35,605 nt of DNA from Jimgerdemannia flammicorona. Its lineage: Eukaryota. This document shows positions 13,516 to 24,150 of the stretch, in pieces; positions within the stretch are counted from its first letter, which is position 1, and each line of letters starts with the position of its first letter. The notes under the pieces are model-generated. The model was not told the origin of the DNA and did not search any database. It saw only the letters and a list, made by a program, of their open reading frames with translations. Position numbers and translations under genes: made by a program. The stretch lies in contig RBNJ01000245.1 in NCBI GenBank assembly GCA_003990765.1, positions 1 to 35,605 of the forward strand. Direction: 5' to 3'.

Positions 13516-15314
13516 CTTCTGCTCAATGAGATATATATGAAAAATAAAACTAACAAATTATAACTAATGAGATACTATCTAAATAACTAAAAAAAAAATC
13601 TAAATTCCCCACTTATAAGTATGAAAATAGATAAAGAATATAATAAAAGATCAATAATATAGATTTATTCATAAATAAAGAGATATCAGTAATATTAGAG
13701 TAGCTTATTAGTACTCCAAAAGACCTTCTATTATTGTCATATTGTCATTATTGCTATTGCTTTTTGCTTACTAGTATAAAATTTTCTGTAAGTTCTATTT
13801 CTTATATATAAGTTAAATTTTGTCTTAGAAAGAGCTTTAGTTAATAAATCTGCCATTATATACTCTGTTAGAGTATATTTAAGATATATAGTACTGTTTT
13901 CCATATATTTATATATGAAGTAGTACTATATATTGATGTATTTCATTCTAGTATAATATATAGGATTTTTTGCCAAAGCTATTATAAAGTGATTGTCTTG
14001 TTGAAATAGTGTAAAGTACTATATAACTCTTTTAGCAGTTTTTAAAGCTATATAGCTTTCTTTATTACTATTGATAATACTTAATATTTTACTTATATAA
14101 AGGATATCATCATGGAAGATTACTTGTATATTTGTTATAAAATAGCTCTGTTTTTACTAATTTAAAAAAGATATATATATAGTCATAGAGCGCTAATTGT
14201 CAAGATCTGATCTTATCTATATTACATATACCAGTTAGTCTTATAGTTCTCTCACATTATCCTTATTATCATTATCCCAACTGAGTATATAGTATGCCAT
14301 ACTTTTAATATACTAGAAAATATTCTTAATTATCATCTTATATATATTATTATAGTAAGATAAGTATTGTGCTACTTTGTTAACTATATATAATATATTG
14401 GGTCTCATTCTGAGTATAAGATATATGAGAGGTCTCATAGTTTACCAATAGAGATATTATTATCTTTAGATATAGTATTACTAGACTTCTTTAGTCTTAC
14501 AGATATCTCAATAGATATTCTAACTAGCTTATATTTACTTATACCAAATTGTTCAAGTATAGTCCAAATATATATAGCTTATAATAGCTATATAATATAT
14601 TTATACCTATTATATATAATTGATATTTTAAGAAGATAGAATATATTATCCATATCTATCATCTTGAATTTCTGATATAGTGTTATTTTGACTTCATTAA
14701 TCTCACTTGCTATTCTAATCACAATAATATCATCTATTTAAATTTCTAGATATACTATTCCTGAAAATATATACTAGATATATATATATAAGTAAGCCTT
14801 ACAATACTTAAATCTATTATTTAAGAGATATTTATTGATCTGCTTATTTTAGAGATATATTACTTACTTAATTCTTTATAATTCTTTATATAATTTATAT
14901 ATAAGCTTATTTCTGTCATTATTATATAATTTATATTTCATTGACTGAGATATATATAGCTCTGATTACAAGAAGTATTCTAAGTAAAGTGAGCTTGAAT
15001 ACTAAAGAAAAGGTCTTATTATAGTCTATATCATATCTTTATAAATACTCCTTTATTACAAATTGAGCTTTATACTACTCTCTCATTTTATCAGCTTTAT
15101 GCTCAATCTTATAGACCTATTTCAATCTTATAGCTTATCTATCTGCTAAGAGAGAGACTAGATCCCAGATATCATTCTCAATTAGTAAATCATATTTCTC
15201 CTCTATAGTCTTTTTCTACTCCTTTTTATCATCCAAGTTTATGGCTTTATTGTAGTATACTGGTTCACTAGTTATTGTAATATAGGCACACTTATAAGTA
15301 CTAATATAATTCAC

Positions 15315-16841
15315 TCCCATATATCTAAGCCACCAGGAGGGTGAGTATCCCAAATTTTGGAGGCCACAAGCATAGGCTCTAAGGAGCACTAATAGGTGTA
15401 TCTCATCTCTTAGGTATAGGAGTCCCATATGGTCTTTTCAGCATGGCCATAGCTTCCAGTTTCAGCAACTTACAAAGATTTCAAGAATTTCAGGCAAGAT
15501 GACAAGACAGTAAGATGGTAAGACAGCAAGATGGCAAGATGAGCAAGATGACAAGACAGGCAAGAGGGGTAAGAGGGGTAAGATGGACAAGATGGATAAG
15601 ATGGACAAGATGGCAAGACAGGTGACAGGAGCAAGATAGGCTGACAATAAGATAGGCAACATGGGCAATATGGACAATATGGGTGATATGGGCAATACAG
15701 ATAATACAGACAATATGAACAACACAGGCAACACAGGCAGGCAAGATGGGCAAGATGGACAAGATGGGCAAGATGGGCAAGATGGTAAGACAACAAGATG
15801 GATGATATGGATAAGACAGGCAGATAGTAAGATAGACAATAGAGGCAAAATAGGCAAAATAGGCAATATGGGCAATATGGGCAATATAGGCAATATGGAC
15901 AATATGGGCAACATGGGTGGGCAAGATGGGCAAGATGAGCAAGATGGGCAAGATGGGCAAGATGGGCAAGATGGGCAAGATGGCAAGATGATAAAATGGA
16001 TGATATGGGCAAGATAGGCAAGATAGGCAAGATAGACAAGATTAGTAAGATGGACAAGATGGATAAGATGGCAAGATGGTAAGATGGGTGACATGGGCAA
16101 GATGAGCAGATGGCAAGACAGATAATATGGACAAGATGAACAAAACAGGCAAAATGGGCAAAATGAGCAAAATGGGCAATACAGATAATATGGGTAGATA
16201 ATATGAGCAATATGAGTAATACAGACAATATGAGCAATATGAGTAATATGGGTAACATGGGTAATATGGGCAATATGAGCAACATGGGTGGGCAAGATAA
16301 GCAAGATAAAAAAGATGGACAAGATGGCAAGATGGGCAATATGGGCAAGACAGGCAGATGGCAAGACAGGTGATATGGGCAAGATGGGCAAAATGGGCAA
16401 AACAGATAACATGGGCAATACAGGTAACATGGGCAACATGGGTGAGCAAGATAGACAAGACAGGTAAGATAGATAAGATGGGCAAGATGACAAGATGGCA
16501 ACATGAGCAATATAGGCAATATGGGCAGATAAAATAGATAAGACAGGCTAGATAGACAAGATAGAAGACACTAATAGGAGTAGGTCAGGTATACTAGATG
16601 CCAAGTACTTGAGGTGGTTGGAGCTCACAACCCATACTCACTAGGTGAGGCAGGTCAGGTAAGAGGATCTAGTTACTCAGGCAGTGAGGTTGCAACTCAT
16701 ACCCTAAAGGTATAAGGCTAGATGAGTGTAAAGGTGGGTTGAGATTAGAATGGAATGGAGCTACTGATGTTATATGAGAACATGTGGCATATTATAGATA
16801 GTTAATAAATGAGGCTACAGCCTATAGAAAAAAAAAAAAAA
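15315..16841 (+). mobile_element. Non-autonomous VNTR-containing retroposon (SINE/SVA-like architecture)
   Basis: AATAAA at 16804-16809 and poly(A) at 16828-16843. TSD AAGTACTAATATAATTCAC (15296-15314) versus AAGTACTGATATAATTTAT (16842-16860), three transitions apart. The Copia sequence is continuous once it is removed. Confidence 0.85.
15491..16568 (+). repeat. Degenerate 9-bp minisatellite (GGGCAAGAT / GGGCAATAT, with 8-bp variants)
   Basis: Directly visible tandem array of about 1.08 kb with alternating blocks of the two unit types. Confidence 0.97.
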
Positions 16842-17595
16842 AAGTACTGATATAATTTATATAATATTTGCAGTTGCAATGAGATGTCTTAGATATGTCC
16901 TAATAACCTCCTAAATCTACTTCAACTTTATTTTGTAGCCTAGATCTATACTTTTTCTTACCTTTTAGAGAGGTATTCTCATTACCATTCTTATCTATAA
17001 TTTCTATAATTCTTAGCTCCAATAGTCTCATTAGTATATATATAGGCTACACTACTACTGTAAGAGGGTTGCTTTTTAGGATAACTGTTACGTAGTTCTG
17101 GAAGGGTTTTCGGGAAGTTCTGGATATTCTGGAAGTCCATTTTCTTATGGTCAAGATCAATTTCATATAGAGTACGTCCTCTACACTTATTGATTTCTAG
17201 ATCGGGTTAACATCTCAACCAAAGTCCTTTTTCAGACTAGTTCTGGATGTTCAGGATTTTCCATATTTCAGGAGTTCAAGAAACTAAGACCAGCTTAGTT
17301 GAATTGGCGTATTGCTGCAGACAATACCCAATTAGGAAATTTCGTGATGGAGTTAGGAGTGGGACCTAACAGGGAGTAGATTTACTTAAGAGTGGTTTGT
17401 AGGTTATTGAATAGGTTTATTTGCTATTCATGATATTGCTATACTAGGAGTAGTTGTGTAAAGGGATATTGTGGGGAAGTATTCAAGAATGTTCTTGTGT
17501 ATTCGAGTCTCAGATTCTGAGGTCTGGGGGGTGGTATTTATACTAGTGAGGAGCTATCTGGACTATACTGAATATGGATGTAGCACTAAGTGCCT

Positions 17596-17701
17596 TGCTG
17601 AGTCAGAATGCAGTCATGTAGTACAAGTGTGATCTAACATATCAAGAGATTGTCTGACTGCTGAGTCAGTTCACAGTCACATCGTACAAAGCTAATCTAA
17701 C
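17596..17701. promoter_or_regulatory. 63-bp-period duplication, each unit with TGCTGAGTCAG (AP-1/Gcn4-type site)
   Basis: TGAGTCA at 17599-17605 and 17662-17668, just upstream of the minus-strand TATA box. Confidence 0.55.
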
Positions 17702-17731
17702 TATATTATGACTGCTAGGCTATTTATGGGT

Positions 17732-18829
17732 TTAGGTGCTATCTGGGTAGTCCTCAATGACATCACCATTGATGACATCATCTCTGATGAAGTAGTCATC
17801 TAAGAAGAGTAGTTCATGGATTACTTCTCCTTGTTTGCTGAGGTAATAATACATTGGGACCTCGTCTCTATCCCATAAGATAGTATTGTCTGTCTCATAG
17901 GCTGGATAAGGTATTGGTGGATGAAGGATGGGTGTATTGTCTTTGCTTTCATTGGATTCGCTATCTGCATACCTTCTATAGGTTACAGCACTATGAGTTG
18001 CAGGATTGTAGTAAGCTAGTGGCTGTGGTTCATGTCACTCGTACTCAGGTGGTGGAGTGGTTGGTTTGATCTCAAGGGTTGTCTGGAGGTACAGGTTGTG
18101 TTCTCTGGTCTCTTCATTGTAGTTGAAGTAATTAGAGATGAATGCAGGTTGATATTCATGCCAGTGGTCATTGTCCCAATAAGTCTCATATACAGTTATG
18201 AACTGTTGTAAGTTCATCGGCAAGGTTGGCGGAGTGATCAGGGTTGGTAGAGATCCTTGGCTAGAGGTCATGTTGGTGTCAGAGGGACCATTGTCTTCTG
18301 CTTCATCTTCATCAAAGTGGATTATATTGTAGATGTCCTTCATGGCATATCCAACTTGGGGCATTTGCAGGATATGATCATTGGAGTGTGGAAAGGTTCT
18401 GTCTGTGGTTTTGATATACTTGAGGTACTTCTGGTTGAGTTCTTGTATCATGTCATCGATTTGGCCATAGGACAAAGTAGCAACCATTTTGCTGGTAGTA
18501 ACTCGAAGGCGGGGAATAATGGTACTGTACTTATAGAAGAGTTCTCAATGTTTGCAGGCAATGAGCTTCTGGTGTTGAGACATCTGGGTAATGTCTGTAT
18601 TGTGGTGGTGTTTGATCATGTCTTCCAGGAGGCAGCCAATCTGGTAGTAGCTTGAGATTTGTCCGATTCAGTGGGCCTTGCTAAGTATGTTCAGAGTATT
18701 CCATCGGGCTTCCATGAAGTAGAGGGGTGCTAGACTATGGATATTCATGAGGGGCAGAGGGGGTGTGGCTTGGTTAACAATGGCATTCCAAATGTCAGCG
18801 CGGATATGGATATAGATCTTGGTGGTCAT
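17732..18829 (-). pseudogene. 365-codon ORF of unknown function inside the LTR-like element, with three in-frame TGA
   Basis: Manual translation MTTKIYIHIRADIWNAIVNQ...DVIEDYPDST* in a single frame with no frameshift. It includes track ORF 18035..18487. TGA codons at 18668-18670, 18545-18547 and 18035-18037 are each one transition from CGA. Confidence 0.8.
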
Positions 18830-18946
18830 GTTTGTATATTTGGACATTGTAGTTGTTGTTTGTTTGGGTTCTCTGATTCGATGTGTCTTGGTACTCGGTA
18901 TATATGCATTTGGTCCTGATTGGTAAGATTCCGTTTGTGTAAATCT

Positions 18947-19010
18947 TGTGCTCTGTGACTTCGTATTGACTCAGCTTTATGTGCTGTGACTTCGGTTTGA
19001 CTCAGCTTCA
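18947..19010. promoter_or_regulatory. ~31-bp tandem duplication, each unit with TGACTCAGC
   Basis: TGACTCA at 18967-18973 and 18998-19004, upstream of the LTR ORF ATG. Confidence 0.55.
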
Positions 19011-21705
19011 TGATCAAGCAGGTGATTTCCAGATTTGTTCAGAGGTCGCGTGTGATTTCAGTGGCTTGGAGGTTGTGTGCTTACAACTACTGGTATAGAT
19101 ACTGAGGATATCTTTTTCAGAATTTTAACTACTGTTCTGAATATAGAAGTTTTTTACTCATCTTTGAAGTTAGTATAGATGTCACTGGCTATATTATTGA
19201 GTTGGATATAGAGATTGGAATTTTTATATAAATTTTCTACTTAGTCTCCTTGAACTGAATATTATAAGAGATAATTATATAGTATTTCTGTAAGTTCTAT
19301 AGTCTTATACAGCTCTGTTATATTTAAGAAATATATACTTATCTGACTTAAGCTTAAATTTATCTTTATTGTTACCTTTATTTAGAATATAAGTCTTACT
19401 TCCAAATATCTATAAATATGAGATATCTGACTTAGATTTACTTTATAATTCTTCAGAGATAAGATTAGTATCATTTCTAGATTATTGATTATTGCCAGAT
19501 TTCTTACTAAAAGCTTGAGAAATATAATAATTTTGGATATATGTATACTACTGTATTCACTGCTTTGGCCCAAAAGGAGTATAATAGCTAGCTATATTTA
19601 TTATCATTTGAGCCATCTCTGCCATTATTTAATTAAAGTATTATATTCCACAGTTCTGCTGAGATATATAGGGTACCATTATAGTGTATTGGATACTATA
19701 CTTCTTTAAGAAGTATCTGAAAACTTTATTGATATATTTCTTACCATTATCAGAGCATAGAGTCTATATCTTATATCTTATTTTATTTTCTATAATTGTC
19801 TTAAATTCTTGAAATTTTTCAAATATCTCATTCTTCTCTATAATAGACTTTATAAGTATAATTATCAATAAAGATAATAAAATATCTCTTTTTAGAGTAT
19901 ATTAGAGTTTATATAAGACTATAGATATTTATATATATTAGATCAAGAATATCAGTTACTTGCTTCATCTATTTCTGAAAAGGTCACTGAGAAGTCTTAT
20001 TGACTATATATTTATTGCAAAAGCTGAAATCTGGTGATATATAGTTTAATAATATATATACAGATTTATTACTTATTACCTGTTCTAGGCTTATCTTACT
20101 GATATATTTTAAGTATTTATACTACATATACTAGAGATTCTCTCTAATTATAGTTGCAGAATATATAGATAATATATTACTTAGTATATTGTTAATTATA
20201 AGTTTCTCTTTTTTGATATATATATTAACTTCTTATTATTCTTTTGATTGATTATTATTATAATATTTAGATATATATTTACTCCTCTGTCTCCTTAGAC
20301 TATTATCTGGCCTATTGAGAAGAGATTATTACTTATACATATCTAATATATATAGTATATTCATGAAGGTATCTAAAGGTTTATCAATATTGTTCTTATC
20401 TTAAATATAGATGATATTATTATTACCCAGTTTAATAGATATAGAGTACTCAAACTTCTCATATATAGAGGACTACTTACAGAACTATTATATACTGTAT
20501 TATACTAGAATCTATGAGCCAGACTTCTTCTCTATATATATAAGCACTATTCAGTATATAGTTTATATTGGTACTGATACTATTGATATTAATATCAGTA
20601 TTTTTCTCTATCTGAAATTATTTTTCCAAATTCACCCCTATATCTCTCTTTATATATCATAGGTTATTACTTCTGTAAAGAATAAACCTTTACTACCACT
20701 ACTTTCATTACTAGTATTTATTATATTTGTCTACTATTGTTCTTATTACTATTAAATGCTCTTTTCTTTCTTATAATTACAGTTCTACTCATAATATCTA
20801 TACTTATTATAGTTAAAGTATTTACTTTCAAATTTCTGACTATTATATTACTGGCTTTGATTTTGCTCTTTTGTTTAGCTTGCCTTTATCTTATCTATAT
20901 ACTCTGTAGAAGACTTTCTCATCACTATCCTCATTAGTATCATTGCCATTACTACTCAGTCTTGATTTCTTTAAAAGGTATATAATGATATACTTATAGT
21001 CCAATAATCTACTAAATTCCTTCATAGTAGTGATAATAATGTTGTATGTCTTAGAAAGGCCTCATACATATAAGGACCAGGACTTGTCTTTGTCCTTAAT
21101 AGTATCTATCAGCATAGATATAAGAGAGTTTACTTAATTTGCTAGCTCATCAACTTAATTGGTATAGTCCCAGATACTCTCTTTAGACTTTATTTAGAGA
21201 TTGAACAGTTGTACTTTTAGATGAAATCTATTTGATACAGATGTCTATTGATAGTAATTATATAAAATCTTTCAGATATTATTCTCTATTATAGAATTGA
21301 TTATAAGCTTCTTTTGTATATTTTAAAGAATGAATATAATCTCTCTTAGTACTTTGTGATATTTTGTAGTATTATATCTCATTATTTATATCTGTGACTT
21401 TCAGTAGTCCTCTAAACCACATTCCTCTAAGAGATTCTTCATATTATATCTATATAGTTTAATTCTTACTATTGAAGATAGAAATAATTCTCTTTAGTAT
21501 TATTATTAATACTACTAAAAGAATGGTTATAGTTATAACTATCATAATAGATGTACTTATATTATCAGTATCTGTTCTGAGTTCTGTTCTACTTATACTA
21601 TCTGAAACTAGTATACTTCTACTACTAGTATTAGTCAATATTGTATAATATAGTATATTATATATATTTGAAGAATATCTATATTATTATTTACTTTTAT
21701 CTGTA

Positions 21706-21717
21706 GAGCTCATAATC
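21706..21717 (-). promoter_or_regulatory. Primer-binding site relic of inner Copia
   Basis: GATTATGAGCTC lies 4 nt inside the 5' LTR, two transitions away from GGTTATGAGCCC, the PBS common in fungal Copia elements. Confidence 0.65.
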
Positions 21718-21721
21718 TTTT

Positions 21722-21850
21722 TGTTGTAGAATAGAGAGAAAGAAGTTTGATTAAGCAAGTCATGCTTTTTTATATCAAGATTGATAATATAGATGAAAAT
21801 TGACTGTACTACTATATATTGAGATATAATAAAAACTTATATTTTTAATA
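21722..21850 (-). repeat. 5' LTR of inner Copia
   Basis: TGTTGTAGAATAGAGAGAAAGAAG...TTTTAATA, a direct repeat of 13379-13515. Confidence 0.88.
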
Positions 21851-23982
21851 ATAACTGATATATATTTTGAGTATTAAGCAAGAAATCCAGCAATAATAGT
21901 AAGTGTTCCAGAGATAATGATCTTACTTCTAAAGAATTATAGAGTAGAATAAAGAAAGATATATATATACTTCTATACATATTTAGATATAATATATATA
22001 TTCTTAATAAGAGTAATGCTAATCAGTATAAGTTTAAGCTAAAGTGAGTAGATATATATTTCTTAAATATTTTAGCAAAGTATATCAACTCTGGAATCTA
22101 TATAAATATTATATATATAGTAATCTTATATAATATATAGTTCAATAAAAATAAAAAAAAAACAGAAACTCTATATAAATAAATTTATCAGAACCTCTAC
22201 TTTAATATCTTAATATATAAGTATATATAATATCTAATATCAATCTCTTCAATAAAGTAAAATTATTTTCAACTATTATATATATATATCTAAGTAAAAG
22301 TTACCTAAGCTAAGTATAATAAAGAGTATAATTTACTTATTGAGAATGATATATGAGATTTAGTATAAGAATGATAGAAGTATAGAGTAATATAAAGTAT
22401 ACTTTATTGTTCAAGGTTATTTATAAGATTATAGTATTAACTATAATGAGATATTTTTGCTAATATTTAAGCTTACTTTTCTGAGAACACTTCTTATAAT
22501 TGGTACTATATATAATCTGAAAATCTATTAGATAGATATAAAGATGGCTTTTCCTAATAGTGATATAGATATGATTATATATTTGCTAACTATAAGAATA
22601 TAACCAGAATAACCTATTATATAAACTATATAAAGAACTATATATATGGTATCAAGCAAGCAGTTTATTTATAGAGTAGAAAAATCAATAAATATCTTTT
22701 TAATAATGGCTTCATATATTGTAAAGTGAATAACTATATATATATTCAATATTATACTATTAGAGTAGCTTTCATCAATATTTGGATTAATAATATAATC
22801 ATTATTATAATGAAGAACAGATTTAGTAGAGTTAAAGAAGTCCTGTATAAGAAATTTAAGATGACTAATATAAGTAACATATTCATTGTTTTGAAGATAT
22901 CTATTATATATAATGAGAGTATATATATTATATATATATATATATCTCACAGTTAGCTTCTATTCAAGTTATCTTAGAATAATTCAGTATAAGTAAATAT
23001 GTATAAGCCTATTAATACTCCTATGGACATATCTGTGAAGTTAAAGAAGCTTAAGACAAATGATAATAATAATAATATTCTTTATTGATAAGTAGTCAGT
23101 TCTCTCATATATGTACATATCTTATATTAAGAATAAGATCTGATATTTTATATATTATAAATAAGATAGTACTATACTCATCATACTATAACAATTGGTA
23201 TTAGATTATTATTAAGAGAATTTTTAAATATATTAAAGAAATAGTATACTATATACTTACTTTTGATAAAGTAAGTAGAAGCAATAGTAATAATAATAAT
23301 AAGAATAGCATACAACTATTCAACACATATAATACTGATTGGACTAGAGACTTAGATGATTACTGATCTATAATTAAATATTTCTATTAGTTAAATAATA
23401 AAGGAGTTATTTTATAACAAATATATAAGTAGAATTTAATAGTAATATTATTTATATAAGTAGAGTACCAAGTATTATCTATAGTAATAAAGGAAGCTAT
23501 TTGGCCCTACCAATTACTAAAGGCTCTAGGCTTTGATCAGAAATGAAACCCTATACTCATCTATTAGAATTACTAATTTATGATTGCTATGGCAAAGTAC
23601 TCTATATATTACTCCAGAATAAAGTATTTAATGTATAGCACTATTATATAAGGGAGTGCATGAAGAATGAGACTATATACTTGAAATATATCTCTATGAA
23701 GTATATGATTACAGATTCACTTAACAAAGTTCTTTTGAGATCTAAATTCCAGCAATGTACTAAAGAAATGAGTTGTATAGTAAACTATATACCAGCAATA
23801 GATAATGGATAATTATGTGATATTTCATAACAAAAAGGAAGCAGAAAAACAATACAATATATCTCTCTCTTCAAGCATTATTTTGCTCTATTCCATTCTA
23901 CATTTGAGGTTTTCTACCATTAGGACCTATCTATATTCTTCATTTTCACTATAGTTTCATATGTTTTAAGCATAGGTAGATA
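21851..23982 (+). mobile_element. Outer Ty1/Copia element, integrase C-terminus, RT-RNase H and 3'UTR
   Basis: Resumes after the TSD ATAAC. Relic D.KMAF.NSD (~22530-22570), YGIKQA (~22645), YSRIKY (~23610) and MITDSL.K (~23705). The 3' LTR is not reached before LINE A1. Confidence 0.8.
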
Positions 23983-24150
23983 GCATTCTTTTACAAACCA
24001 TTCTGAGCGAGCTAAGCCACACAGACAACCTTTTGTGAAAAGCAACACATTTTCAAGTTTTCACTTCATTCATACTGGTGTGCAAGGTGCGGCAGAAATC
24101 TGTCAATAATTCACAGCAAGTTTCATCCAAATCTGTCAAGTTTCAGTGGT

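Larger units (their letters stand above)
17059..19085 (-). mobile_element. 2027-bp solo-LTR-like element
   Basis: Termini TGTAAG...CTTACA (6-bp inverted repeat) and 5-bp TSD ACTAC (17054-17058, 19086-19090). It retains CpGs, unlike its flanks. Minus-strand TATAAATA (17535-17542) is followed by AATAAA (17416-17421). Confidence 0.85.
13379..21850 (-). mobile_element. Inner full-length Ty1/Copia LTR retrotransposon (degenerate), carrying two further insertions
   Basis: LTR pair and 5-bp TSD ATAAC (13374-13378 and 21851-21855). Gag/PR/INT relics lie at 19086-21690. RT-RH relics lie at 13760-15295 (SEPVYYNKAI, MADLLTKAL). Confidence 0.9.

Noticed and set aside
15315..15400. tRNA-derived SINE head or HDV/hammerhead ribozyme
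   Set aside because: I could not fit A/B boxes, the P1/P3 pseudoknot or the CTGATGA...GAAA core. Erosion could hide them.
15661..16017. Collagen-like Gly-X-Y reading (GQD/GNM)n
   Set aside because: Frequent 8-bp and other non-triplet units shift the frame, and there is no signal peptide or flanking domain.
15462..16519. Long minus-strand ORFs (343, 349, 162 and 147 aa; LPI/SCP/LAH repeats)
   Set aside because: All three frames are open simply because the 9-bp unit lacks stops, and they are antisense to the poly(A) tail.
15491..16568. CRISPR array or telomeric repeat
   Set aside because: There are no unique spacers and no cas genes. The array is internal and degenerate and is enclosed by a TSD and poly(A).
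17081..17091. Alternative LTR start TGTTAC at 17086, preceded by ATAAC
   Set aside because: The start at 17059 gives both the perfect TGTAAG/CTTACA inverted repeat and a matching ACTAC TSD, so the ATAAC is coincidental.
17095..17136. TTCnnGAA repeats as heat-shock elements
   Set aside because: The spacing does not give three correctly phased nGAAn units, and they lie downstream of the inferred TATA box.
19382..22956. Ile/Tyr/Leu-rich membrane-like short ORFs
   Set aside because: They are artefacts of AT-rich eroded Copia sequence.
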